A stretch of 63,786 bases of DNA, the filler included, from Octopus bimaculoides (taxonomy: Eukaryota): NCBI RefSeq assembly GCF_001194135.2. It is 5 parts of 4 records of this genome, joined end to end, with 100 filler letters (N's around TTAATTAATTAA, not from the genome) between each part and the next. Parts side by side here need not be neighbours in the genome. Positions count along the whole stretch, not along the records: positions 1 to 29,345 come from NC_068990.1; 4 more parts are not named here. One strand, given 5' to 3'. The position numbers and the translations under genes were made by a program. The notes under the pieces are model-generated. The model ran no database searches and was not told the origin of the DNA. It saw only the letters and a list, made by a program, of their open reading frames with translations. This document shows, in pieces, positions 10,396-23,300 of the stretch (the first letter of the stretch is position 1; each line of letters opens with the position of its first letter).

Positions 10396-11051
10396 AAACC
10401 TGAAATTCTATGTTTTAGAGTGTGCTTCTTTTTGGGATATATGATACTTGGGAGATATATATATATATACACATAGTATACGATGAGTTTTCAGATTCTG
10501 TCGACCAAATCCACTCACAATGCTTTGATCAGCCCAGAGTTATAGTAGAAGGTACTTACCCAAGTCTTCACACAATGGGACTGAATCCAAAATCATATGC
10601 TTGGCAAGCACACTTCTTAACCATACAGCCAATTCTGCACCCTCTGCACAGGAAATAACAGTTAAGTTTTTTCAGTATATTTAAAGTAATAAGGATCATA
10701 AACCAAATTAGAAAAAAATTATGCAATAAGAAATAGACAATATTAGCTCAAACATCATTTGAGCTAATATTGTCAGTAAGATGATGTTATCCCTTCCTCA
10801 CGACCGTGTTATATTTTTTCATGTTCATTGCAATAGATTTGTTAATATTAAATTAATGTAACGCTGATATAAAGAGAGATAACATGTAATTTAAATGGCA
10901 ACACTATTGGAATAATTCTAAATTTACAGCATTTTATGATATGTGTACAGAATATATTAATGGACTTAGGCATAGGTGTATGTTTAAAAACCTATGTGAT
11001 TTCAGGTTCATTTTCACTGCATAGCCAAGCATCTTGTTCCAAAAGGAGTGA

Positions 11052-11169
11052 AATTTGGTAGAAGGAAGCAATTTGGTTAAAGGAATCAATTTAGTTGAAG
11101 GAAGCAATTTGGTTAAAGGAATCAATTTGGTTGAAGGAAGCAATTTGGTTGAAGGAAGCAGTTTGGAAG
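11052..11169 (+). repeat. 18-bp minisatellite, six full units plus a partial
   Basis: aatttggt(t)gaaggaagc and aatttggttaaaggaatc units in A-B-A-B-A-A order. Confidence 0.9.
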
Positions 11170-12608
11170 TTTGTTGGAAGGAGTATTCTTATTCTTTGGT
11201 AGCAGATATAATTTGTTGCCCAGGTTACAGCCACTACCAGACGTTTATGTTCAGGAGTATCTTTGTTGTAAAGTCCACACTATTGCATGCATTCAAGGTT
11301 AGGTCTCCAATCTAAAGATAAGTTTGTAGTGAGGATTCAAGCCTGAATCCCTTCATATGCAGGCAGACATCACAAGCAAACTATCACAGTTTTGTATGAT
11401 TGGTTTATTAACTAACCAATTAGCATGAAGCTATCACATGATTCAATCTTCTATAATCTTCTTCTTGTGCCCTATAAAAGGTCACTTTTGGCAGTAATTA
11501 ATTGCAGAGTGTTGAGGCAACTGAATGACATGTGTTTCCCTTCTTGCCACTCCAAATGGCCAACACAGACAGCTCAGACAGATGATCAAGAACCTTCATC
11601 ATCACAAAAAAAAACACAGTTGTTTCCAGTTATGTTGGGCAAGCTGCAGGTTGTCATGTTAAAAGCTTGTTGTAAACTCCAACCAGCATCTCGCTCCCAA
11701 AATGTAATTATTGCTGTTGTTATCTGTAAAAAGCCAATGCATTTTGTTTTATGTTTGATAATAAAATCTGTTAAATGTTCGCAGGAGTTGTTAAGTTACT
11801 TCTATATGCAGCCCAAGACACATATTTTTTTTCATCAACTCAACTAGTCACCACCACAGATTAGACCAGTAACCAACAGGTCATGACAAGTTCATCCCTT
11901 TCTCACACCAAAAAAAATGTCCCTAAAAGAGCTAAGGATACTATCCTTCTCCCTTCTAGGTAACAAATAAAAAAAAAATCAATAAAGATAACACTGAGAA
12001 TTTCAAATTGAAATGGCTAACAAAATCAGGATTCTCTGTTCTCCAATATACTTCATATTCTTCCAGTCTCTCTACGTGTTTATTACATTATAAATAACCA
12101 AGACAACGACAAAATGTAATTTGAACTTGCATTCCCTTGTGTGTGGTTTTTCTTTTTTTTTTTCTTTTTTTCTTTAAGCAATCTAATTAGAGTATTTACT
12201 ACTTCTATCTCAGCAGAAAAGATTTTGAAATCACTACGGCATTGTTGATGAAGGTGATTGTCATTTATATCACATTCATTATACAATAAACCAACTCATT
12301 TATTTCTAGCTGACATTTACTGAGAAAACAGGCATTGTAGCCATTCTGCTGGATATATAGTTGTATTTTTGTATTGCCAACACCAGACACATTCATTATT
12401 TCATTGTCTGCATACTATTTATAATTTACTTTAATTTCTAGTTTTCATTTTGGGATTGTGTCTCATGCCATTCTTGACCACAAGTCATTAAGTTAATAAT
12501 TCTTTTCTCCTTAACATGAGTGAGATATATTTTAATTCATTAATTTTCAGTAAATTAAAACTTCAGGGTTGTCTCCCTTATCTATATTTTACCTGAACTA
12601 CTCATTAA

Positions 12609-12829
12609 CCCTTTCATTACTGTATTCATTTTAAGATGCTCTGTGTTTCTTTCAATTATTTTAAATATAACAAAGAATTTAGTAAAATAACTTAGTTATC
12701 ATTAAGCTGGTGTTAGGAACATAAATTGTGACTAAGGTTTGGTGGAAGATTTTAATTAAAAATTTACGAAAACAAAACATTTGTACTACAGAGCCAGAGG
12801 CGGTTTCAGCCGGGTTGGTATCGAAAGGG
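12609..12829. mobile_element. piggyBac-type MITE
   Basis: TTAA at 12605-12608 and 12830-12833; ends ccctttcattac and gtatcgaaaggg (CCCTTT TIR); 221 bp non-coding interior. Confidence 0.8.
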
Positions 12830-13009
12830 TTAAACTAATAGTTCTTTTTCTTCAACTGAGGGTGTAAATTAACTTAACATCATTCGTTCACTAATTTAAG
12901 TACATCAGCACCCACTGACCTTGCTGTTATGTATTTGTACTCTTAAATAAGTATGATTTGTATTGTGAGAGGTTTAAGAGACTTCATGCTTTTTATGCTA
13001 TCTTTACTT

Positions 13010-13420
13010 GAAAGGCTCTGTGGTAAGAATTTGCTTCCCAACCACATGCTTTTCAGGTTCAGTCCCACTACGTGACACCTTGGGTAAAATGTCTTCTACT
13101 ATAACCCAAGGTCAACCAAAGTCTTGTGAGTGGATTTGGCTAGACAGGAACTGAAAGAAGCCCATTGTATATATGTATGTGTGTTTTTGTGCATGTGTGT
13201 TTTTGTGTATGTGTGTTTTTGTGCGTGTGTGTTTTTGTGTATGTGTGTTTTTGTGTATGTGTGTTTTTGTGCATATGTTTGTCCCCCCACCACCACCACT
13301 TGACAACTAGTATTGGTGTTTTATGTACCCATCACTTAGCAGTTTGGCAAAAGTGATCGATAGAATCAGTACCTGACTTTAAAAAATAAGTACTGAGGGT
13401 CAGTTCATTCAATTAAAGTT
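13010..13420 (+). mobile_element. SINE S1 whose internal microsatellite has become a 16-bp minisatellite
   Basis: S1 head and tail; interior (atgtgtgtttttgtgt)-like unit about six times at 13178-13275. Confidence 0.75.
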
Positions 13421-13552
13421 CTGCAAGTATGGGCACAATCTTTTTACACAATCTTTTTACATGGCCCCAGCACAGGTGCTATTTGTGTGGCATCAGCACA
13501 GGTGCTTTTTAAGAAAAAATTATCTTCTGGAACATCAAAGATTTAGATATAG

Positions 13553-13730
13553 GGCGCAGGAGTGGCTGTGTGGTAAGTAGCTTGCTTACCAATCACATGG
13601 TTCCGGGTTCAGTCTCACTGCGTGGCACTTTGGGCAAGTGTCTTCTACTATAGCCTCAGGCCGACCAAAGCCTTGAGAGTGGATTTGGTAGATGGAAACT
13701 GAAAGAAGCCCGTCGTATATATATATATAT
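13553..13730 (+). mobile_element. SINE S1 5-prime half, close to consensus
   Basis: ggcgcaggagtggctgtgtggtaag...ggttccgggttcagtc...gaaactgaaagaagcccgtcg(ta)n. Confidence 0.8.
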
Positions 13731-13906
13731 CATCATCATCATCGTTTAACGTCCGTTTTCCATGCTAGCATGGGTTGGACGACTTGACTGAGGACTGGTG
13801 AAACCGGATGGCAACACCAGGCTCCAATCTAAATTTGGCAGAGTTTCTACAGCTGGATGCCCTTCCTAACGCCAACCACTCAGAGAGTGTAGTAGGTGCT
13901 TTTATA
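13731..13906 (-). mobile_element. RTE-type 3-prime tail
   Basis: Reverse complement matches 27985-28092 nearly exactly and ends in (GAT)n. Confidence 0.75.
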
Positions 13907-15022
13907 AATTTCCCAGAAGTGTCTGGATAAGTACCTAGATTCTCAAAAGGTGCATTGCAGTGCACCAGTGTGTTACAGGGGATATTTAGGTTCTTTGCTG
14001 ATTTTCAAAAATACATTTCAAGATTTTAGTGCAGGCACATAGCCTAGCGGTTAGGATGTTTAGCTCATGATTATAAGGTTGCAGGTTCAATTCCTGAAGT
14101 AATCAGCAGTGTGTTGTGTTCTTGAGCAATGCACTTCATTTCACATTGTTCCAGTTTATTCAGCTGTAATGAGTACAAATTGGCTGTTGGTGCTACACTT
14201 TCTCCCTCTAGCTGTTACACCCTACACCTGCAGCTAGATTAAAAAGCTGAGAGAGCATTAGTGACTACACAGACACTTTAAACAATCAGTGAAAACATAG
14301 AACATGTTACCAAGCCATACTCACTCACGGTGACAGCTGATTACATTGTACTGTACTAATTCATGATTTTAGAAAATTCATACTAATGCTTGAGAATCTT
14401 TGAAAAACATTATTCATGATTAGTAAAACAAGATAACCAAAAATTTTCATAATTTTTCTTTTTTTTTCTCTCTCTAAGTTTTGATATTTAAAACACAGTT
14501 TATATTTTTGGCACTTTTTGATTTTAACTTTCCATGCAGAGTGAGTTAGTAATTAACTTTACATGCCAAATGTGCCAGTAACTTTTTTTCATTTGATCTC
14601 CAGTGTGCTCTGAAGTAAAAAAAGATTGAGAACCATTGATCTAAGTTGTAATTTTATTTTTAAGACACAAGATAAACCAAGGATAAAAATTTATTAAATA
14701 ATTCTGTCTGTCGGTTATAGTGGAACCAGAATTAGTATGGATAGCTGATATAACAAGATGTTATACATGGCTTGAAATAGTTTGTACTGTTGGACAGAAT
14801 CACTGTACCACTGTATCAACTACTCTATTGGATGTTGTTACACACCACTGGTCACAATGCACTTCCTTGCATTGTTGTTGATTTTGAATGTTGCCACTCT
14901 GCTGGTTAAGTAGGTAGGCCCATATTTTGAAATAGAAGTGTTATATCACATAATTTTCGTTTGATTAGGCTGATTTTGATAAGGGATTATGCTGAGACTT
15001 TATAGATCTTCCAAGACTATTA

Positions 15023-15242
15023 TTCTTTCTTTTACTTGTTTCAGTCGTTTGACTGTGGCCATGCTGGAGCGCTGCCTTAAAGGGCTTTAGTTGAAGAAAT
15101 CAATCCCAGGACTTATTCATTGTAAGCCTAGTACATATTCTATCAATCTCTTTTGCCAAACCACTAAGTTACAGGAACATAAACACACCAGCATCGGCTG
15201 TTGAGAAATGAGGAGGGGACAAACACAGACACACACACACAA

Positions 15243-15304
<62 letters not shown>

Positions 15305-15465
15305 GACAGGCTTCTTTCAGTTTCTTTCTACCAAGTCCACTCAAAAGGCTTTTGTCAGCCCAGAGCTATAGTAGAAGACACTTGCCCAAGGTGCCACACA
15401 TTGGGACTGAACCTGGAACCATGTAGTTGGGAAGCAAGTTTTTTACTACACAACCACATCTGCAC
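15023..15465 (-). mobile_element. SINE S1, full length, internal (TA)n/(CA)n
   Basis: Reverse-complement S1 head at ~15465 and tail at ~15023. Confidence 0.8.
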
Positions 15466-15870
15466 CTTTTGAGATCGATGTGATAGGTAGATTGATTGTT
15501 TCCTTTCTTTTTTTATTTTCTTTGACACACAAACAAAAGTGGCCAAAATGGGGTTCTACTGAAGAATTTCAGAATTAATGTTACTTGACAGGTGCATAAC
15601 TCAAAGATGAGAGGGTCTTTCTGTGTCATACTGCATTCTTCTCTGCATTGAGAGGTCATAGCTCTGGTCCTATGGACATGCACTTAGAATTCCACAGGAA
15701 AGGATCATAAGACAGATTCTTCAATAAAGTAGAGTGAAAATAAAAAATTATGGAAATTGAAAATGCCTGAGTCTCACTGCATGATATCTTGTGCAAGTGT
15801 CTTCTCTTATAGCCTTGAGCCAACCAAAGTGAATTTGGTGGACAGAAACTGAAAGAAGCCTATTTGAAGA

Positions 15871-16099
15871 TGGCAAACTGGCAGAAACGTTAGCACGCCG
15901 GGTGAAATGCTTAGCGGTATTTCGTCTGCCGTTACGTTCTGAGTTCAAATTCCACCGAGGTCGACTTTGCCTTTCGTCCTTTTGAGGTCAATAGATTAAG
16001 TACTAGTTACACACTGGGGTTGATGTAATCAACTTAATCCCTTTGTCTGTCCCTGTTTGTCCCCTCTGTGTTTAGCCCCTTGTGGGCAATAAAGAAATA
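15871..16099 (+). mobile_element. SINE family S2 (ggcggcgagctggcagaa head)
   Basis: ctggcagaaacgttagcacgccggg...gagttcaaattccaccgaggtcgactttgcctttc...aagtact; more than ten copies in the window. Confidence 0.8.
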
Positions 16100-16690
16100 A
16101 AAAACTGAAAGAAGCCTATTGTATATACAGATGTGTGTGTGTGTGTGTGTTTGTCCCCCACCACTGTTTGACAACTGGTGTTGGTATGTTTACGTCTCTT
16201 TTGCTTAGCAGTTGACCAAAAGAGACCAACAGAATATAAATCCCAGGCTTTAAAAAAAAAATAAGTGCACCAATTCCTCACATATCTCAATCCTCTAAAA
16301 TGACTGCAGCATGGAAGACACACATTAGCCACTCAAAAACACACAGAGACAATTAACGTTACTTAAACATTTACTATTTTTTTATTTCTTTATTTCCCAC
16401 AGGGGAGCTAAACACAGAGGGAACAAACAAGGACAAACAAAGGGTTTAAGTTGAGGGGACAAACACAAAGGCACACACACACACAGTGAAGATTTGAAAG
16501 ACATTCAAAAATTCTCCACCTGAGATCTTTATGTGAATAGATGCAGACACTTGGGTGTATGCATCAACAACTCAACCAACTGACCAATTCGAATATTTAC
16601 AAACACCAGGAACTCACTTAACTAAAAAGGTCTTGTCACTTTGTTAGTGACTGGCTTGAACACTCTCAAAAAGAACTCAAAGAAAAGTCA

Positions 16691-16721
<31 letters not shown>

Positions 16722-16794
16722 NNNNNNNNNNNNNNNNNNNNNNNNNNNNNNNNNNNNNNNNNNNNNNNNNNNNNNNNNNNNNNNNNNNNNNNNN

Positions 16795-16848
<54 letters not shown>

Positions 16849-19449
16849 TGAGCTTCCACAATCTGCCTCAATAAACTCTGTCTGACCCATACAAGCATGG
16901 AAAAGTAGACATTAAACTGATGATGGTACACTGCCTTTTTGTTTACATAGGACATTGCCCAGTGTGACATTTCTTATTTAAGAGAATAGAGTGTGATTTG
17001 CAGAAATTTTGGTGGCTACTTCTAGCTAATCAAATGACTGCAGAAACCTTTGTGTTAGGTCAAAGTAAACTTGGTTGACAGCCCAGATCAGCCTTGATTG
17101 AACAGATCTATGATGAAAGGTTTTTCAATCATAAACATCCAATATTTTTGTGCATTTGGAATGACACTATATAGAAGTTCCCTTGCTGAACAACAAAACC
17201 AGCCAACCTACAATTGAGCTCATGTGGCAGGAAAATATTGCAAGGTAGTGTGAAAGAAAGTAGAGCAGACAATACTTTTGACTGTCGGAANNNNNNNNNN
17301 NNNNNNNNNNNNNNNNNNACACACACACACACACACACACACACATCTACTTCAGAGAGTTGATTGGAGTAAAGCCAGCCTAAGTTACTTCAGGAAAATA
17401 TGATGGAAAGACTGACACTGTGATAGTTACATATATAGACAGACTTACATAAGACTCATTATAACAAAGATATGAATGATGGATTGCACAACTGGTAGAG
17501 CGTCAGACCAAATTTCCTAGACATATTTGGCTACATTCTGATTTCAAATTTCACCTAGATTGTTTTTGTTTTATATACTTCCTATGTTAAATATAGATGC
17601 ATAAATATATAAATACCAATCAATGTTGTACTCCAGCATGGCCACATTCCATTGACTAAAAGCAGTAAAAAATAAAAGAACAGGAGGCATGGTGATGGAT
17701 ATGGTAATGATGATAATGACTTCTATTACCACTGAGTCAAATTAGTACACTGTCATATAGTGTATCTAATGCAACTCAACCAAGTAAGATCCATGATTTC
17801 CCGAAGTTGAAGTAAAACACACACCAACTATATGTATATTACTATCACTAATTACAGTAGAGAACCGTCACGTCTTGTAGTGCCTATTTCCCGTTTAGTG
17901 GGCTGAGCTTTTGAGTGTTGAGTGTCTTGGTCAAAAGATACTTAATGCCTAATTAGCTGTTAGCAACAGAAGCAGTCTTTGTAACGAATATTAATTAGCA
18001 CATCAAAGGACAGAATTTCAATGCTTCTTAACATTTGTTGCATACACAAAATGATTTTTTGGGATGTTCACTGCAGTCTATGGCATTATAAATAACACAT
18101 CCAAGTTAGGTTGGATGTGCTAATTAACTTTGGTTTCAAATTTTGGCACAAGGCCAGGAATTTTGAGGGAGGGGCTAAATCAATAAAATCTACTTGTGCT
18201 CAACTGGTACTTATTTTATCAACCCCAAAAGCATGATAGGTAAAGTCGACCTTTGCAGAATTTGAACTCAGAATGTAAAGACAGACAAAATGCTGCTAAG
18301 TATTTTGCCCAGATTGATAACAATTCTACCTGCTTGCCACCTTCTGTGGCAATTAATATTGCCACATAATTAATATTAATACCTAATATTAATATGTGTA
18401 TGCAAGCATGGCTGAAGAGTTTAGAAGTTTGCTTTGTAATCACTAGGTACTGGGTTCAATCCAAACCTGTAGAATTTGGGGCAAGTTTTTTTTTTATTGT
18501 ACGCTTGAGCAGACTCAAGCCACATGAATAAAATTGGTTTGATGGAAATTGTGTAGAAGCCCACTAGATGGATTGTATCTATCATTCAAAGGTCCAGCAA
18601 AACACTTCATTTTGTGTTGTTCTGTGACATCTGACATCTAACACACTGTGCCCCTGTACAGTCAATGTCAATTTGATGGAGCAAGTAAGCTTATGTGCAG
18701 CACAGACATGTGATTACTATAAAAAAATCATCGGTACAGGTTGTTCAGCAAGAAATTGCAGAACTGTCATCTGTCATTGACAGGAGAGTCCATATTTGAT
18801 CAGGACTGGCCTGGGGCTAAACAATAAATCAACATGTAAATATTCAGAAAATGAATAATTAAAATATTCAAAGAAAAACACTAAACTTTGACCTGGAAAT
18901 ATTGGGTAATTGTTGTTGAGCTCTGAGCTCTGCTTAAAAGATATCTTCTTCCAGGACTACTTGATGAAAATAGTTTCTTGGGGTGAGAAGAACCCTTTTT
19001 TTTATCAACAAAGGGTTAATGGATATTTGAAGCTCTACCCCTCTGATTACCCTGGATTTGGAAAGAAGGTTTGTCCTCAAACATTTTTATTGTATGCACA
19101 TATTTTTACAAACAACCATTTTGGCTTTGTTTATTAACAGTTCAATATTATTGCCTTGAAAGTACCGGGAGGAGGTGCTAGCTAAAACGGTGGTAGTAAC
19201 AAATACAGCATATTAGATTTTTCTAATTTTTGAAAAGGTTAAAACAGATTTAAACAAAGGGTAAATAGAAATATGACAACTAAATAAAGAGATCTAGTAA
19301 TAATAACAACAGTTGCAATTTCTCAAGCAAAATTTAAATGACAAAAGACAAAAACATCACCACCAACAACAACAACTCACCTTTTACAAACATTGTGGTT
19401 CATAAAAACTCCTGAATATAATCAGCTCAATGAAAAAGAGAAGGTATGT

Positions 19450-20630
19450 ACAAGGTATGTCACAAAAGATAGTGCCTCCTTGCCTGATGAATTTATCCAA
19501 GAGAAAGAGTAGATAAAGATGACATACATTCGTTTTTCAAAATAGTGAGGAGCTCTTCAATATATCCTTGCAAAAAGGAGACAGAGAAAATCTTAGCTAA
19601 AGTGTGCGCTTCACCAATTGAGTAAGAGCATATGGAATTATGTAGAGATGGTGCATAACATGCATCCCCACACAAAAATGGACCACAATAATACAAAGCC
19701 AGAGGTACTGGTACAAGTGTTGATCCTTGATTTGTCATTGTGATGCACAAATATGTACCATCCCAGACACGTCAATCTATGACGACCTCCACCTCATGTT
19801 GGTCATCATAAAAGAGCTAGGTAAGCTCTGATCAATTTAGATTAATTGAAAGCTTTTGATAGAGTTGGCTATCAATATTTGATGGTTGTCATGGAGGCTG
19901 CTGGTTTCATTCCTATCTTCAGAAGCTAGATTGCTGTGATTGTACAGTAACATCTAAGTGGTTAGAGCAAACAACTACCTGTCAGAACCATTCATTTTGA
20001 TTCACCAATGAATCTCCCTCTCTCCCCTCTGTAAGTACTGACTCTAGAGTTAGTACTGCAGAAGATGAAGGTTTCAAGGGGCATCCCACTAGAATTAGGA
20101 TGCAAAAGATCTGTGTTTGCATATGCCAATGACATTACCATAATAGTGTGGTATAATCAGCACCGCCCTATGAGAATATGAAGTGGTAATAGGAGTAAAA
20201 ATTAACAAGAAGACGTTAGACCAGCAGCTCAGCTCCTGGAGAAGCAAGTCTATGACATTCTATAGTATCAAGGGGTACTGGACAGACAGACAAACTGGTT
20301 AAATTGCTTGTGGTTTGGTTAGGTCCAGATCTCTAGGTGGACCAGAACATGTAAGAAGTGACTACCAGGTAACTACACTCACCCAGAAATGGGCCAAGAG
20401 AAAACTGTCCTTGTGACATCAGGTGGAGGTGGAGGAGGTGGTGAATTCTTACATCACATCCACCATCTACTACCAGCTGACTCTTGTGTTGCCCCATTTC
20501 AGGGCTAACTGGAATGTAACATTTGCTCTTCCATTTTTTGAGGAGGGGATGTGTTCCGTTGGTCATTTGTTGTCAATATCTTCTGCATGGAGAACTAGGC
20601 ATGCCAGGATAATGATGCACTAACACACTC
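19450..20630 (+). mobile_element. L1/Tx1-clade LINE reverse transcriptase remnant (many stops and frameshifts)
   Basis: CTIPDTSIYDDLHLM; ALINLD*LKAFDRVGYQYL..MEAAGF; PLSPLYVLTLELVL; SVFAYANDITIIV (YADD equivalent at ~20122); VVWLGPDL; VEEVVNSYITSTIYYQLT. Confidence 0.85.
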
Positions 20631-20977
20631 TACAGTTATGAAATCACCAGTGTTTCCTTGATGATGAGCAGGCGTGGCTTTCTGTGTAAATCACACTCTC
20701 TGAAGCAAAGAATTTAATCAATGAAATAAAAGTATTTTTTGTGTGTGTGTGTGTTTTTTTGTTTTTTTTTATTGTTTTTTTTACCAAAACTATTCATATA
20801 CAGATAACTACTTAAAATTTTGAGTCTCTCTCTACAGAAATTGACAAAAGAAAATAAGGTTTGTATTTTTATTTTTAGGTCAAATTTATCTTTTCTTCCC
20901 ATTCCCTACCCTATAAAATAGAGCTATAAGTATTCCAAGCCACATTCCCCAAAAGAAAACAGAAAATTAACCAAATA

Positions 20978-21387
20978 GGTGCAGGTATGGCTGTGTGGTA
21001 AGAAGTTTGCTTCCTAACCACACAGTTCCAGGTTCAGTCTCACCTTGGACAAGTATTTTTTACTATAGCCTTGGGCCAACCAAAACTTTGTGAGTGGATT
21101 TGGTAGACAGAACTGAAAGAAGGCCATTGTGTGTGTGTGTGTGTGTTTATACATGTATGGGTATCATTGTGTCTGTGTTTTTCCCCTTACCAATGCTTGA
21201 CAACCAGCATTGGTGTATTTATGTCTCCGTAACTTAGCACTTCAGCAAAAGAGACTGATAGAATATGTACCAGGCTGAAAAAAAAATAATAAGTGCTGGG
21301 GTCTATTTGTTCAACAAAAATCCTTTAAGGCAGTGCCCCAGCATGGCCACTGTCTAATGACTGAAACAAGTAAAATATAAAAGATAA
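20978..21387 (+). mobile_element. SINE S1, full length
   Basis: Head, internal (TG)n and tail as in other S1 copies. Confidence 0.8.
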
Positions 21388-21991
21388 AAATAACATTTCT
21401 GAAACAGAAAATAAATAATAATATAAAAAATACAGTATTTCAATTGAACAGCAAAATTTCAATATTAACTATAAAGGAAAAGAAAGCACTAATATTTTAG
21501 CATCCATTTTCAAAATCTCTGGTAGAAAAGTTGTTAACACTAACACATACATACACTTCTGGACAAAAGAAAACATTTCCACCTTTTCCCATAGTAACAA
21601 CATCTTCATTAGTATTTTAAATAATGCAGAATACCAAAACATGAAGATTTTCCATTAAAAGAGTCAGTATGAGCGTAACATGTTTTGCTAAATGGCATCT
21701 CCTGTTGCATGATAATGTGCAGGAACAAATAAAGAAAAAAACATTATCTGTATCACCTAAAACTGAAGGAAGTTTTCAAATCTCCTGCAAAGAACAGCTG
21801 AAAGAACCCCTGTCAGATGTGTGGCTAGAAATCATTTTCTTTGATGAGGGGAGACTGTATAGCTCTTTTAGCATTTTTTTAAAACTTTTTATTCAAGAAC
21901 CACGGCCCAAAATCTAGCTGAAATAGTAAGACATACATTACATCCATCCCTATTTTTGTACCCCAATATTTGGGACAGAGAAGTACAAGGG

Positions 21992-22055
21992 AACAGTCAA
22001 GTGTAACAGTCAAGAGTAACAGTCAAGAATAACAGTCAGGAGTAACAGTCAAGGG
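21992..22055 (+). repeat. 13-bp tandem repeat, five units
   Basis: aacagtcaag(t/a)(g/a)t repeated contiguously. Confidence 0.85.
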
Positions 22056-22072
22056 CATTGTGATATTAATCG

Positions 22073-22318
22073 TTGGTTTGTAATCTTTGTATCAAAGTGT
22101 GGATAGGTAGTTACTCTAGTGGTCACAAAGGACAATATTTGGTTGGTTGGGATAAGAATAGACTTACAAATCCTGAAAGAAAAAAATACAGGGTCATAGC
22201 AGAACTTTGCCCTGTTGTTAGTGCAGAAACGAAGAGTAAAAGACTTGTAGTGCTGTGCAAAAGACGTAGTTGCTACACTTGCAGAAGCACAAGACATCTG
22301 AAAGTCCTTTGCTCTTAA
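22073..22318 (+). mobile_element. Probable LINE ORF1 (gag-like) remnant with CCHC zinc knuckle
   Basis: CYTCRSTRHLKVLC (CX2CX4HX4C) at 22271-22312, preceded by KRLVVLCKRRS. Confidence 0.5.
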
Positions 22319-23045
22319 CTATAAAAAGTAAAAAGAAAGATGTATAGGGAAGAGAAACAGAGGCAACCAAAACAGCAGGAGACCCCAATCTCTAGAATAT
22401 CATAGATCACAGTTTTGAAAATGATGGACCTTGATCTTCAACTGTAGTAAACAACAGCACAACTCTATTGTCTTGTGATGAACTGAAGACGATGCAGAAC
22501 AACCAAAATGAACAAACCAACTCTGAAAATACAAGAAGTAAAAAAATGAATGATTACCTCAAAAAAAAAAAAAGATGAAAACCCCAACAAAATGCAATGA
22601 CTAGTGTAAGGAGGAACATCTCGTGAATTTCTGTGACATGCAAATGACAGTGTTAGTACAATGTACAACAAAGAATTTGTGAGTACAGGGCAGAAAGAAA
22701 GCCCAAACACATTTGGTCATCCCTAACCCACATACACCAAAAGAATGCTAACAAGTACCTTTTGGTACAGCAGAACACAGTAGAGAATCATTGAGGGGTA
22801 GAATTGTAGTGCATAACTGGTTTAAACCAACCTGTGAGCTTTCATCTGTCTGAGAGTGGGTAATCCTAAATTATTAAAATTTCTTTTTAAATTTAATTCA
22901 TGTTTTGTTTTGATTATTCTTTATATTATTTTTAAATTTATTTCCTATTTAAATTTTTAACCCATCTACTGTAAGACATCTTCATCCTGCCCCTCCCATG
23001 AAACTTTGTTTGTCCAACCCCTGAGCAACTATGGTTAATAAGAAA

Positions 23046-23074
<29 letters not shown>

Positions 23075-23081
<7 letters not shown>

Positions 23082-23300
23082 GAGAGCATCAAAGTGACAC
23101 TGGAGTGCAAATATATGAAACCCAGTATTCCCATCATGACAACCTGTGTGGTAAAGGTACACCAGGCACATGCATCACAACCATATGTGCATGACATGGT
23201 GATCTTATACCAAAATAAACATTGCATGATCTTGTAGGTGGAACCCAACTAGAATTTTCTTCAAGTTAAGTAGCCCATCCCACTCAAAAGGTCAATAAAA
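23075..23300 (-). repeat. 3-prime portion of an unclassified repeat ending in (AAT)n, same family as 26703-27360
   Basis: gcatcaaagtgacactg, cccatcatgacaacctg, ggtacaccaggcacatgcatca and gcccatcccactcaaa are reverse complements of motifs in 27130-27350. Confidence 0.7.

Noticed and set aside
11425-11847. 140-aa ORF with a faint Tc1-like SKWPTQTAQTDDQ segment
   Set aside because: Similarity too weak; no DDE motifs or TIRs found
13786-13806. CUGAGGA-CUGGU-GAAAC in the RTE tail (also minus strand near 28064-28082)
   Set aside because: Only 5 nt between core halves, no stem II, no matching cleavage triplet and stem I
14600-14640. gattgagaaccattg resembling a hAT/Charlie TIR
   Set aside because: No partner TIR or 8-bp TSD could be located
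21992-22055. 13-bp and 18-bp (11052-11169) repeats as CRISPR-like arrays
   Set aside because: Units are contiguous with no spacers, and the context is eukaryotic
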